Shown piece after piece: positions 1-11,651 of a DNA stretch of 64,000 nt. The notes below the pieces were generated by a model. That model searched no databases. It was not told where the DNA came from and saw only the letters and a list, made by a program, of their open reading frames with translations. The position numbers were made by a program, and so were the translations under genes. Source of the DNA: Malacoraja senta (Eukaryota); contig JAXLNO010000446.1 of assembly GCA_038087875.1 (NCBI GenBank), positions 744,001 through 808,000 of the forward strand, given 5' to 3'. Numbering within the stretch: the first letter of the stretch is position 1; each line of letters starts with the position of its first letter.

Positions 1-876
1 AGTGCCAGATGGACATCTGCCTGGGGAGGGATGTAGACCGCGGTCAGGATGATGGAGGTGAATTCCCTCAGTAGGTAGAAGCGACGGCACTTCCTCGCCA
101 GGTGTTCGAGGTGTGGAGAGCAGGAGTTGGACAGGACTGCCACGTCTGAGCACCACGCAGAGTTGACCATGGGGCAGACGCCCCCTCCTCTCCCTTTCCC
201 AGATGCCTGCGTACGGTCCATACGGTGGATGGAGAACCCTTCAGGCTGGACCGCTGCGTCTGGGGAGCTGGGGGTGAGACATGTCTCTGTGAAACAGAAC
301 ACAGAGCATTCCCTCAGCTCTATTTGGTAAAGCAGCCTTGCCCTTAAGTCCTCCACTTTATTTTCAAGGGATTGTACGTTGGCCAGTAGGATGGTAGGGA
401 GAGGGGGTCGAAGTCCCCTGCGCTTCATTCTGACCTGAAGTCCTGCCCGTCGGCCACGTTTCCGGACACAATGTAGGCCTTTCCGTTGTTTCCAGGTACT
501 GAGTCTACTGTACCTGCTGTTTCTGCGAACCTGCGCTGGTACGGGGATTCCCCTGCATACAGCAGCTCCAGCTGCGTTGCTGCTGGGAGATCCTGCCCGT
601 CGGCTCCGGAGGTCTTCCCGGTGTTTCCAGGTAACATACCTGTGATCCTCCGTCGGGTCGGGTGTTCTCCAACGACCGAGGGATCGTTTACAGTCGGGGG
701 CTCCCGCAGCTGCGGGAGATCGCGTTATCGCTACTGCCTTCAAGTGCGCTAGCAGCTTGTCCGATACGGCGCCGATTTCTGACGTTTCCCTGATCCAGTT
801 GAGTTAAGTGAAGTTGTAAATAATTCTCTTCTGTTGAGCTGCTGGCAAATGGTCGCCACAGGCAGCCGCCATCTTT
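1..876 (-). mobile_element. 5' part of a Rex1/Babar non-LTR retrotransposon (5' UTR + APE endonuclease N-terminus), runs off the window start
   Basis: Hand translation of the minus strand gives LPTILLANVQSLENKVEDLRA...FCFTETCL...GKGRGGGVCPMVNSAWC...HLEHLARKCRRFYLLREFTSIILTAVYIPPQAD, the Rex1/Babar-type APE motifs. The 5' end begins AAAGATGGCGGC. Confidence 0.85.
865..875 (-). promoter_or_regulatory. YY1-like motif (AAGATGGCGGC) at the Rex1/Babar 5' terminus
   Basis: Exact match to the YY1 consensus at the element's 5' end; promoter function is inferred only. Confidence 0.4.
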
Positions 877-1004
877 GTTCTGTTAAGATCTATTGTTCTT
901 TTTCATTGTGTTGTGTTCTGTTAATTGTATGTCTGCATGGTAACTCAAATATCACTGTACCTTAATTGGTGCATGTGGCAATAAATGTGAATCTGAATCT
1001 GAAG

Positions 1005-1151
1005 AGAATACGTATAGAGCAAGGTGAAGTCCGATTAAAGATAGTCCGAGGGTCTCCAGTGAGGTAGATGGGAGGTCTGGACTGCTCTCCAGTTGGTGGT
1101 AGGATGGTTCAGTTACCTGATAACAACTGGGAAGAAACTGTCCCTGAATCT
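1005..1151 (-). mobile_element. Rex1/Babar 3'-end fragment
   Basis: Reverse complement agattcagggacagtttcttcccagttgttatcagg matches the Rex-type ends at 45993 and 47330. Confidence 0.65.
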
Positions 1152-1441
1152 AACAGCCTTTCCTGTTTGTAGAATAAGGACAGTATTTAAATTATACCTT
1201 TTCAAGAGATGGTTTCTACGGCTGGAGTGGAGGTACACATAGGGTTATTGTTGGATGGTGGTGCCCTACACAAGCTGCCAGCTCTGGCAGTGTCTTGTCA
1301 GGAGTTTGTTGGGGGTTGTTTATTTTGCTGTGATTAATAAGTGTTGAACTGATTGTGTGTTTTATGCCGGTCACCACCAACACTGCCGGCCACACATCTA
1401 ATTACACGGGCTGCATTCTCACCACTACATCACGACATCGA

Positions 1442-1911
1442 AATTTTGTACGTTTCTATAAGATCCCCTCTCAATCTCCTAAATTCTGGCTTATACTCGC
1501 TAGAATTTAGGAGATTGAGAGGGGATCTTATAGAAACGTACAAAATTCTTATGGGGTTGGACAGGCTAGATGCAGGAAGATTGTTCCCGATGTTGGGGAA
1601 GTCCAGGACAAGGGGTCACAGCTTAAGGATAAGGGGGAAATCCTTTAAGACCGAGATGAGGAAAAACTTTTTCACACAGAGAGTGGTGAATCTCTGGAAC
1701 TCTCTGCCACAGAGGGTAGTTGAGGCCAGTTCATTGGCTATATTTAAGAGGGAGTTACATGTGGCCCTTGTGGCTAAAGGGATCAGGGGGTATGGAGAGA
1801 AGGCAGGTACGGGATACTGAGTTGGATGATCAGCCATGATCATATTGAATGGCGGTGCAGGCTTGAAGGGCCGAATGGCCTACTCCTGCACCTATTTTCT
1901 ATGTATCTATG
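1442..1911 (+). mobile_element. CR1 LINE 3' end with fold-back 5' junction
   Basis: ORF2 C-terminus GLYSLEFRRLRGDLIETYK...TRGH...FFTQRVVNLWNSLP, 3' UTR and ctatgtat tail. 1442-1487 is the reverse complement of 1502-1547. Confidence 0.92.
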
Positions 1912-2387
1912 GATCTGTGATGCACTTTGTCCAACGCACTGAATCACTGAGAAGTGCTGAGGCCTGGCTTTTCCAGTTATCAGTAAACTTGTGACCTAAT
2001 TAGAGAGGCGGTGATATAATTGTGGGATGAGAGGTAATAGGATTACCTTGCTTGGCATTTTTTAGTGTGGGTTTATCTTCTTGGTTCCAACGCCCATCAG
2101 GGTCATGTCAGGCATCTGCAGTTTAGATAGGGTTTACCAGAACCCTGCCTGGATTAGAGAGTTTCAGTTACAGGGAGAGGTTGAATAGACTTGGATTGCA
2201 AAGAAGAGATAAGACTTTTTTTACCTTCCATCACAGTGAGGCGGTGCCTGGAGGAGAGTCACTGTGATGGATGTTTGTGTTAAATTGTGTTTAATTGTGT
2301 GTTTTGTTGCTTTCTTATTGTTATGACTGCATGCCAACGATATTTCATTCAAACTTGTTTTTGAATGACAGATAAAGAAATTCATTT

Positions 2388-2531
2388 CAATAGACAATAG
2401 GTGCAGGAGTAGGCCATTCGGCCCTTCGAGCCAGCACCGCCATTCAATGTCATCATCGCTGATCATCCCCAATCAGTACCCCGTTCCTGCCTTCTCCCCA
2501 TATCCCCTGACCCCGCTATCTTTAAGAGCCC
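2388..2531 (-). mobile_element. CR1 3' terminal fragment (ctattgt-tail subfamily)
   Basis: caatagacaataggtgcaggagtaggccattcggcccttcgagcc is the reverse complement of the CR1 3' UTR. Confidence 0.85.
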
Positions 2532-2618
2532 TTTCTTGCTCTCAATTCAATTCTATTCAATTAGAGAGTTTCAGCTACAGAGAGTGGGTGGAGTAGTGTA
2601 GAGGGTGTAGAGGAGGTT

Positions 2619-3380
2619 ACATAGAAACATAGAAACATAGAAAATAGGTGCAGGAGTAGGCCATTCGGCCCTTCGTGCCTGCACCGCCATTCAATATGAT
2701 CATGGCTGATCATCCAACTCAGTATCCCATCCCTGCCTTCTCTCCATACCCCCTGATCCCTTTAGCCACAAGGGCCACATATAACTCCCTCTTAAATATA
2801 GCCAATGAACTGGCCTCAACTACCTTCTGTTGCAGAGAATTCCACAGATTCACCACTCTCTGTGTACAAAATGATTTCCTCATCTCTGTCCTAAAAGTCT
2901 GCCCTCTTATCCTTAAACTGTGACCCCTAGTTCTGGACTTCCCCAACATCGGGAATAATCTTCCTGCATCTAGCCTGTCCAACCCCTTAAGAATTTTGTA
3001 AGTTTCCATAAGATCCCCCCTCAGTCTTCTGAATTCCAACGTGTACAAGCCGAGTCTATCCTGTCTTTCTTCATATGAAAGTCCTGCCATCCCAGGAATC
3101 AGTCTGGTGAACCTTCTCTGTACTCCCTCTATGGCAAGAATGTCTTTCCGCAGATTAGGAGACCAAAACTGTACGCAATACTCCAGGTGTGGTCTCACCA
3201 AGACCTTGTACAACTGCAGTAGAACCTCCCTGCTCTTATACTCAAATCCTTTTGCTATGAATTCTAACATACCATTCGCTTTCTTCACTGCCTGCTGTAC
3301 CTGCATGCCTACTTTCAATGACTGGTGTACCATGACACCCAGGTCTCGTTGCATCTCCCCTTTTCCTAATCGGCCACCAG
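2619..3380 (-). mobile_element. CR1 LINE 3' portion (RT thumb/C-terminus)
   Basis: ORF 2719..3396: RDLGVMV...LVRPHLEYCVQFWSP...LEFRRLRGDL; (catagaaa)n tail. Confidence 0.93.
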
Positions 3381-3384
3381 AACC

Positions 3385-4058
3385 AGCCAGGTTCACCAGA
3401 ACGCTGCCTGGATTAGAGCGTTTCAGCTACAGGGAGAGTTTGGATAGACTAGGATTGTTTTCTCTGGAATGTCGGATGTTGAGGGGAGACTTGATCGAAG
3501 TTTATAAAACTATGAGCGGCATAGATAGGGTAGACAGTCAGAACCTTTTTCCCAGGGTGGAAATGTCCAACACTGGTGCATCACCTCACACCTGCTCAGG
3601 TTAAACTCCATCTGCCATTTCTCTGCCCATTTCTGCAACTGATCTATATATGAAAGTCGGATCTTATAGAAATGTACAAAATTCTTATGGGGTTGGACAG
3701 GCTAGATGCAGGAAGATTATTCCCGATGTTGGGGAAGTCCAGGACAAGGGGTCACAGCTTAAGGATAAGGGGGAAATCCTTTAAGACCGAGATGAGGAAA
3801 AACTTTTTCACACAGAGAGTGGTGAATCTCTGGAATTCTCTGCCACAGAGGGTAGTTGAGGCCAGTTCATTGGCTATATTTAAGAGGGAGTTAGATGTGG
3901 CCCTTGTGGCTAAAGGGATCAGGGGGTATGGAGAGAAGGCAGGTACGGGATACTGAGTTGGATGATCAGCCATGATCATATTGAATGGCGGTGCAGGCTC
4001 GAAGGGCCGAATGGCCTACTCCTGCACCTATTTTCTATGTATCTATGTATCTATGTAT
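3385..4058 (+). mobile_element. Two CR1 fragments (older 3385-3575; young 3' end 3659-4058)
   Basis: ORFs 3041..3604 (C-terminal part) and 3672..3956; ctatgtat tail. Confidence 0.85.
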
Positions 4059-4059
4059 G

Positions 4060-4375
4060 TGTAGGAAAGAATTGCAGATGCTGGTTTAAATTGAAGATAG
4101 ACAATAGGTGCAGGAGTAGGCCATTCGGCCCTTCAAGCCAGCACCGCCATTCAATGTGATCATGGCTGATCATCCCCAATCAGTACCCCGTTCCTGCCTT
4201 CTCCCCATATCCCCTGACTCCGCTATCTTGAAGAGCCCTATCTAGCTCTCTCTTGAGACCCAAAATGCTGGAGGAACTCAATGGGACAGGCGGCATCAGA
4301 GAAGGAATGGGTGATGTTTCAGATCAAGATCCTTCTTCAGACTGATGTCAGGGGAGTGAGCGGGACAGAGATAGA
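4060..4375 (-). mobile_element. PLE terminal segment with degenerate hammerhead, interrupted by a CR1 3' end (about 4097-4256)
   Basis: gaattgcagatgctgg...tgatgtttcagatcaagatccttcttcagactga matches the PLE terminus at 31066-31200 in reverse. Confidence 0.7.
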
Positions 4376-4377
4376 AT

Positions 4378-5100
4378 ATAGTCTATATCCTGTTGAATCT
4401 TCTGAGAGCCTTCCTCACTGACTGCATCTCCTCCAATTTTGTTGTCAGCAAATTTACTCACCAACCTGTCTATATTTACGCCTGGCTCATTTATATATAT
4501 AACAACATATATGTGGATCGTCACCTTGTGGTGGTGGAGAAGCTTGTGTGGACCTGAGATCCTGAGAGCGATGCCGTCTGGAGCTATGCTCCTGGTAGGG
4601 CCACCCATGGCGGTAAGGTCGAGGGGGAGGTCTCTGACAAAGAGCAATCCAACCAAGACCTCAACGGTGGAACAGGCGGAGGACGATGGCTGACCTTAGT
4701 GGAGCGTCACAACGGCTGGGAAGGCGGATGAAGGCTGCAGCAGAAAAGGGTCTCCGGTCGTCTTGGACTCCATGCCACTGGATCCTGACCCAGATCTGTC
4801 AAGGACCGTGGGGTGGCTGTCTGTGCACCAGTCTCCCCACGTTAAACAAAGTCACGCACAGGCGTCCTCCATATAGGGAATAGCACCCTGGAGACCCCCA
4901 TGGTCAGCCACGACCGAAGGGGGCCTAAGAAAGACAACATCAGAGGTCCCAACACACCCCATCTGTCTTCTATGAATAAGCCAGTTCTAAATCCATACAA
5001 CCAAGCCAACGTGAATTCCATACCTTAATCTTCTGGATCAGCCTACCATGAAGGACCTTATCAAAAGACTTACTAAAATCCACATATGCAACATATAACA
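4378..5100 (-). mobile_element. Old CR1 RT fragment split by the RTE-type short element
   Basis: ORF 4348..4656 contains IYINE...LVSKFADNKIGG. The flanks rejoin at a duplicated acaacat. Confidence 0.65.
4513..4933 (+). mobile_element. RTE-derived non-autonomous short element, copy 1 (5'-truncated)
   Basis: Near-identical to 23483-23900+25641-25651; resembles Rex3/BovB-type RTE 5' UTRs; flanked by acaacat on both sides. Confidence 0.8.
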
Positions 5101-6940
5101 AACTTGCCAAATTCTCGCAATTTCCAGAATTTCCTCCATCACGCTCGAACCTGCATTCCCACTCAATCCAGACTTTACACTTTAGACTTTAGAGATACAG
5201 CGCGGAAACAGAATCTTCGGCCCACCGAGTCCGTGCTGACCAGCGATCACCCCGTACACTAACACTAACCTACTCCCTAGGGACAATTTTACTTTGGAGT
5301 CACGTGAGTGACTACGTGAAGAGCCCGCCAGCCCGCATGCGCGTCTTTATCGTCTAACGCATGACGCAACGACTGGCTGGCAGGCGCGTCGCTCCTCCAG
5401 CGGTAAGTTTCAAATCCTACAGGTAAGTTTCGAACTTACTTTTCAGGTTGTCCTTTTGTTGCAGGAATCTCTTTTCGCAGAGTTTTCTGCTGGACATTGA
5501 AATACGGGGCGAAACCCAGACGGACCGCGGGGAAACTGGTCATGGATGCAGGCTATGGACCGCGGAAGTGCGGGTAGCGGGTGGCCGTCGGGTTTGCTGC
5601 CCGAGTCGCTGACAGTGCGGTCAGCGACCCCGACTTCGGCAGGCCAATAGGTGGGCAACCATACGGAGTCGGAGAGGCCTGGGCTGGACGAGCCCGGCCA
5701 GGAGGGTTCCCCTCTGTCATTTAAGGGTACGTCCTCGGACGTTTAACCCATCCTGATATGGTCCACGAATCAGGGCCATATCAGCGCAGGTCCTCGGGAC
5801 TACGGCAGCGTCTGTTTTCAGGGCTGCTTACTAATCTCCCCTCAGTGGAGAGGAGTACAAGGGGTCAGTGTGCGACTGACTCCAACCCCGGAAGTATGTC
5901 CAGGGCACATACTGCATTTATGAGTACGATTCCAGAACACCCCGGAGTTGGGGGGGACCAGAGTTCCCCTCACGTTACTAGCGGCAATATCACCCCAACG
6001 TCTCCAATGGCAGTAGCAATTCTCTGAAGCTGGTAGCAGCCAGAAACCTGACTCTGTGGGCAGTGGTCTTCAGGCCTAGGCCCAAGCCGGCCTTCAGGGA
6101 AAATGTACAATCCACGCACCCCGGCAGTTCTACCTTCCAAATCAAGGACGGGAATGGAACCTACATCAGGGGCCTTTGGGCTTACCTCAAGACCACCGGT
6201 AACTATGCAGGTACGTGAGTCTGGTTTTCCGAAACATGGGTTGTGTGGACCAGTTATAGTGTATTCTTTTAAAGTATGGCTATACAGGGTGGGCATTTAT
6301 ATAATTGCCACTAGGTCACGTTGTGACTATCATAACCAAGAGAGAAATTTTATTATCACTTACACCAACAAATTGTGTAGTAGAATCGGACCTGCCATGG
6401 CGGTCTAGATCCCTGGCTTGGAAAGCCTTGTGGGGCTATACCGTGCAGTAATGGTTAATGGTTATATGGTTATACCTGTCAGTCACCTGTGCGAGCTTCA
6501 CATGGTGGCGTCATGGTAATTCCGCTCCTTAAAGGGACTGTGGAAGATTCTTCCCCAAGACGCCGACTTTATTCATATCAATAAAGTCATCAAATCTTTG
6601 ATTTAACTGGGATGGGCGTCTTCATTCATGTAAACGTCTTTGCCCATGAAAAATAACTGGCAGGTTTTTGTTCCAGCATTTCTCCCACTATGTCTGGCGT
6701 ACGGAGGCCAGAGGTGCTCCAGCCCTTCCCTGTATACTGCATTGGCATCGGAAAGGAGCAGGACTCGGAGTCACTAGTACGTGCAGCCTGTTTGGGAAAT
6801 GAGGATACCAACAGAGCATCGATTTGCACAGTTAGTCCTGGCGGCTGCTGAAGGAAGCAACCTGACAACCCCAACCGCAACTCAGAGGGAGTGCCAAGTC
6901 TTGGGCATCTATGTCAGACAAGATTGCGACTCATCAAATT

Positions 6941-7272
6941 TCCTCCCACTCAAATGACGGAGTGGTAGAGAGAGTGCTACAGGTGTATGCACATGTGCCT
7001 GAAGCAACGCCTGGTTCAGGGTTGCAATTCCTCCCACTCCGTTGAACGCAGTGATGGAGATGGTGCTAAAATACATGCACACATGCCTGAGGCAGCTCCT
7101 GGTTCAGGTTGCATAAGTCCTCCCATTCGGATGTATAAAGGATGAAGATGGAGCCATATATATTATAAGACTATGGGAGATGGTGTCGCAAAACATGCTT
7201 GGTACAGAGGCATGCACAGACAATTTGAGGATACGGATGGTGACACCTGGTTCAGGGGCAATTACTCCCACT
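6941..7272 (+). repeat. Degenerate tandem repeat (unit about 87 bp) inside DIRS copy 1
   Basis: Recurring tcctcccact...gcctga.gca.c.cctggttcagg at about 6941, 7029 and 7118, with a partial copy near 7246. Confidence 0.6.
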
Positions 7273-8039
7273 CTAAAAGAGTGTCAAAGGTTAGTATGGA
7301 TTAACTCCAAACAGGAACCTGAATATGACTATGTGCCGGGATCCCATGCTTAATGCATAGTGTACGACAATGGCATGAGGGAAAGCGGTGTGCTTTGCCT
7401 CTAAAATTGCTGCTCTGTCCGTGACGGACTAGCCACTACAAGAGAAGTTGGCCAGCAGCATTAGCGATCTAATGGAAATGACAAACATGGACAGAGTCTG
7501 CGAATGAAATTTCGCTGAAACCCAAGCAAAGGTAAGAGGAGTTAGAGACGCTGGTAAGTAGGTCTCGTTATTTACCTCCATGAACTCCGAAAAGGTAATA
7601 TCGATTTGTTCGCAGCTCAACTCAATCACCAGTTACCAAAGTGTGTAGACCCAGGGGCAGTAGCGGTAGATGCATTCTCACCACACTAGAGAGGAATGTC
7701 TTATACCATCTCTAGTTACGTAGGCGGATTAAATTTGCATGAGTTACCAATTCTTATATGGTATCAACTACCTATATGGTAGGTATATGGTATCAACTAC
7801 CTATAGACACTAGGTGCATTCTATGGGTTAAAGGTTTTGTGCGAATATGCATAATTGGCATGCCCAAGTGATACACTTTGGTGGTGGCATATGTTAATCA
7901 CATGGGTGCAATCAAGTCTGGTGATAGTTTACCTAACCTCATTTGGCGCTGGTGTATCATCATGTAAAATCAATGACAACACAGAATGGATGTTGGATCA
8001 CAAAGTATTTAATGACATTGTGACTCGATGGAACTAAGG

Positions 8040-8215
8040 ATCGAGATGTTTGCATCCAGGCTCAATCATCAGTTGCAAACAAATATGTGGCATGGCAGTG
8101 GCGATAGATGCATTCTCGCTACACTGGGGAGGAATGTTCTTTTATGTCTTCCTCCATTTTGTCTCATCAGACGGGTCATGCAAAAAATTCAGCAAAATCC
8201 CGCTTCAGGCATTTT
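8040..8215 (+). pseudogene. DIRS DNA adenine methyltransferase-like domain remnant
   Basis: IEMFASRLNHQL...AVAIDAFSLHW...FYV motifs spread across frameshifted ORFs 8028..8228 and 8050..8238. Confidence 0.75.
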
Positions 8216-8263
8216 TTGTAGTGCCTGACTCCGTCTGATGAGGAGATGGACAGAATGTCTGAT

Positions 8264-8471
8264 GACAGAATGTAGTTGAGGCCAGTTCATTGGCTATATT
8301 TAGGAGGGAGTTAGATGTGGCCCTTGTGGCTAAAGGGATCAGGGGGTATGGAGAGAAGGCAGGTACAGGATACTGAGTTGGATGATCAGCCATGATCATA
8401 TTGAATGGCGGTGCAGGCTCGAAGGGCCGAATGGTCTACTCCTGCACCTATTTTCTATGTTTCTATGTTTC
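8264..8471 (+). mobile_element. CR1 3' end inserted in DIRS copy 1
   Basis: gtagttgaggccagttcattggct...ttctatgtttctatgtttc. Confidence 0.9.
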
Positions 8472-9120
8472 ATGAAGGGTATCTTCAACTCAAAACCTCC
8501 CAGGCCCAGGTACGCATAGATAAGGGATGTTAACATTGTGCTGACGCTGCTTCGCCGGTGGGCTCCAGCTACAACCCTGTCCTTGGTCAAACTCATTTAC
8601 AAAGTGGTTATGCTCATAGCGTTGGTTCAGCGCAACGGGTCCAGTCGTTGCATATGCTGCGACTGGACAGGATGGTTACATCTGCAGGCAAAATAACATT
8701 TTATGTTTATGACTTAGTCAAGCAGAGCAGACCAGGGGCATCAGGTCTCAAACTAGATTTTTGGGCATACCCCATGGACCTTCGGTTGTGTGTGGTCACG
8801 CGTCTACTACAGTATGTTAAGATCACTAAGAGCCTTAGGGGCTCTGAACTAGCAATGTTTGTTAGTTACATAAAACCTCATAAGAAGGTATCAGTACAGA
8901 CCATCTCCAGGTGGTTAAAACGGGTTCTGGCTTGTGCAGGAGTGAACACTGACATTTTCAAATCTCATTCCACCAGGGCTGCAACATCATCAGCAGCAGG
9001 GTTATGGACGTTCCGCTGGACCACATCCTAGCGGCTGCAGGATGATCAAATGAACGATCTTTCCAAACATTTTATAACAAACCCATTGTCAGACCGGGGG
9101 TATTTGCCAACTCTATTTTC
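8472..9120 (+). pseudogene. DIRS tyrosine recombinase (YR) catalytic domain, frameshifted
   Basis: ORF 8558..9031: SAQRVQSL (catalytic R), VKQSRPG, TISRWLK, FKSHSTRAA (HxxR motif). Confidence 0.88.
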
Positions 9121-9980
9121 TAACTCCATTTTAGGTTCTGTTTATAGTTTCCTCACGGATGAGAGGGGTTACTATTGTTATTATTTGTTCATTAAAAAGT
9201 ATCAGCATGTCTAAAGCTATGTCATGTCTGAATGCATTATTAATGTTCACTCATCCTTGGTCAATTGATGCAGTGTGTGATGCATGGACTCGTGTTCACG
9301 GCATGAAATCACAGAGCTTTGAAATCTTCACGTAGTCACTCATGTGACTCTGAAGTAAAATAGTAAGATTAAACGAGAACTTTGATGTTTGAGGTTTGAC
9401 CTTTATTTTATGAGGAGTTACGATGAGGGATTACGTGCCCTCCACTCCCAACTCTCTCTCATAAAGATCAGCTGGTAGTTCTAGTTTCTCGAATCTTACT
9501 ATATTCAGTTCATCAACTGTTATCTGTGATTTCACACCGCTGCTTTGAAGATTGACGCGCATGCGGGCTGGCGGGCTCTTCACGTAATCCCTCATCGTAA
9601 CTCCTCATAAAATAAAGATCAAACTTCAAATTGGTAAGTTCTCATTTAATCTTACTATTTATAATCTTTACAGAAGCCAATTAACCTACAAACCTGTGCG
9701 CCATGAAGTGTGGTACGAAACTGGAGCACCTGGAGAAAACCCACGCGGTCACGGGGGGAACGTACAAACTCCATACAGACAGCACCGGTCGTCAGGATTG
9801 AACCCGGGTCTCAGGCGCTGTGAGGCAGCAACTCTACAGCTGTGCCACCGTGCCGTGCAAGGTATACTTTCCCCCACTATTCCTGTTTTTCCCCTAAATA
9901 TCCTTTTTTCCTTGTCCCTTGAGTGCACAGTCAGTAAACAAACGGATTTAATGCCATCAATCTGGCTGAATAGATTGCAA

Positions 9981-10258
9981 GCGGCACGGTGTTGCAGCGG
10001 GTTCCATCCTGACCACGGGTGCTGTCTGTACGGAGTTTGCACGTTCTACCCGGGACCTGCATGGGTTTTCTCCGAGATCTTCGGTTTCCTCCCACACTCC
10101 AAAGACGTACAGTGTTGTAGGTTAATTGGCTGGGTGAATGTAAAAATTGTCCCTAGTGGGTGTAGGATAGTGTTAATGTGCAGGGATCGCTGGTCAACGC
10201 AGACTAGGTGGGCCGAAGGGCCTGTTTCCACGCTGTATCTCTAAAATAAAATAAACTG
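9981..10258 (+). mobile_element. HE1-like V-SINE
   Basis: Partly deleted tRNA head, V-core gctgtctgtacggagtttgcacgttct...tttcctcccacactccaaagac, CR1-like tail gggccgaagggcctgtttcc. Confidence 0.88.
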
Positions 10259-10754
10259 AACTGCTGTGAATAAGAAGCAAGAAGGAAATCCCAGGAATGC
10301 ACTGAGAACATCCATTAAACAGCTAAGTAGGCCATTAGCGACCACAACTGATGCATAACGTGCCAAAGAGCTACGCGCTGCATAATCTATCAAATGGCAG
10401 AGAATGAGGGGAAGTCCAGTCATCTTTGATAGTTATTTCAAACTGTCTACACAAGCAGAGAAATGTTCTACGCTGTGTGTGTAATAAATCTTAGTTGGAA
10501 ATATAATCTGGCTTCTTCACTGCTAACTTGCTATTTGCACTATCATGTCATTGACCTTCTAACGTGAGGCTTGAATCTATAACTCAGGGCTGAGACGCAT
10601 CAAAACATAGAGTGGAGAGGAAAGGTGTCGAGGGAAATGGGCCAAATGTGGGCAGGTATAGATGGGGCATGTTGGTGGGCGTGGGCAAGTTGGTCTGAAG
10701 GGCCTGTTTCCATGCTGTATGACTCTGGAGTTGTAACTCTATAAGTTCTGGGGG

Positions 10755-10920
10755 AGCTCAGCGGGTCTGGCAGTATCAGTGGAGGGAATATACAGGTGAC
10801 GTTTTGGATCGGGACCCTTTATCAGATTCTGAAGCAGAGCCCTAACCGAAATGTTGCCTGACCCACTAAGTTCCTCCAGCACTCTGTGTTTTGCTCAGGA
10901 TCCCAGCATTTGGTTCCTTG
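10755..10920. mobile_element. Head-to-head pair of PLE termini (degenerate)
   Basis: ctcagcgggtctggcag...gtgacgttttggatcgggaccc is followed by ctgaagcag...cgaaatgttgcctgacccactaagttcctccagcac. Confidence 0.55.
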
Positions 10921-11034
10921 TGCCTCTGGGCCATGTGTCATCCATTTGATTTAGAATGATATGCGCTGACCACATTGAATGGTGGTGCTCGCTCGAAGGG
11001 CCAAATGGCCTACTCCTGCACCTATTGTCTATTG

Positions 11035-11440
11035 ACCATGGATCACCCGTTCACACTAGTTATATATTGTCCCTCTTTATCATCCACTCCCTACACACTA
11101 GAAACAATTTACAGAGGGCCAATTAACCAACAAACCTGTGCGTCTTTGGAGTTAGATAGAACTCTTAGCTCTTAGGGATAGTGGAGTTAAGGGACATGGA
11201 GAGAAGGCAGGAACGGGGTACTGATTGTGGATGATCAGCCATGATCACATTGAATGGTGGTGCTGGCCGAATGGCCTACTCCTGCACCTATTGTCTATTG
11301 TCTATTGAAACCGAAGATCTAGATGAAAACCCATGGGGTGAACGGACAAACTCCGTACAGACAGCACCTGTAGTCGGGATGGAACCCGGGTCTCTTGCGC
11401 TGTGAGGCAGCAACTCTAGTGCTGCGCCACCGTGCCGCCC
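11035..11440 (-). mobile_element. HE1-like V-SINE interrupted by a CR1 3' end (+, about 11150-11307)
   Basis: SINE body and tRNA head in reverse; CR1 3' UTR with ctattgt tail in between. Confidence 0.75.
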
Positions 11441-11651
11441 CTCTGTAAGGGGTAAGAGTGTTGTAAAAACAAGCCTGAAGACTTTGTGTCTCAATGCAAG
11501 GAGCATTCGTAATAAGGTGGATGACTTGAATGTGCAGATAGCTATTAATGACTATGATATAGTTTGGGTCACGGAGACATGGCTCCAGGGTGACCAAGGC
11601 TGGGAGCTGAACATCCAGGGATATTCAATATTCAGGAGGGATAGACAGAAA

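Larger units (their letters stand above)
5287..9660 (+). mobile_element. DIRS1-type tyrosine-recombinase retrotransposon, copy 1 (decayed, ends intact)
   Basis: Left ITR core 5313-5345 is the reverse complement of 9554-9586. ICR 9326-9437 is complementary to both termini. Decayed RNase H (INYL*TLGAFYGLK, VVAYVNHMG), methyltransferase and YR segments. TTT at both ends. Confidence 0.92.
5175..9857 (-). mobile_element. HE1-like V-SINE split by the DIRS element (pieces 5175-5286 and 9661-9857)
   Basis: The SINE body ...ctagggacaa|ttt|ataatctttacagaagccaattaacctacaaacc... rejoins across the insert; tRNA-like head at about 9790-9857. Confidence 0.85.

Noticed and set aside
1616..1843. Recurrent 75-aa ORF MIMADHPTQYPVPAFSPYPL... 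seen many times
   Set aside because: Antisense reading of the CR1 3' end; recurrence reflects copy number.
8558..9031. Phage integrase, and the nearby methyltransferase as bacterial contamination or a defence system
   Set aside because: Both lie inside a DIRS element with ITR/ICR ends that is nested in vertebrate SINE/CR1 sequence; YR and MTase are normal DIRS1 domains.
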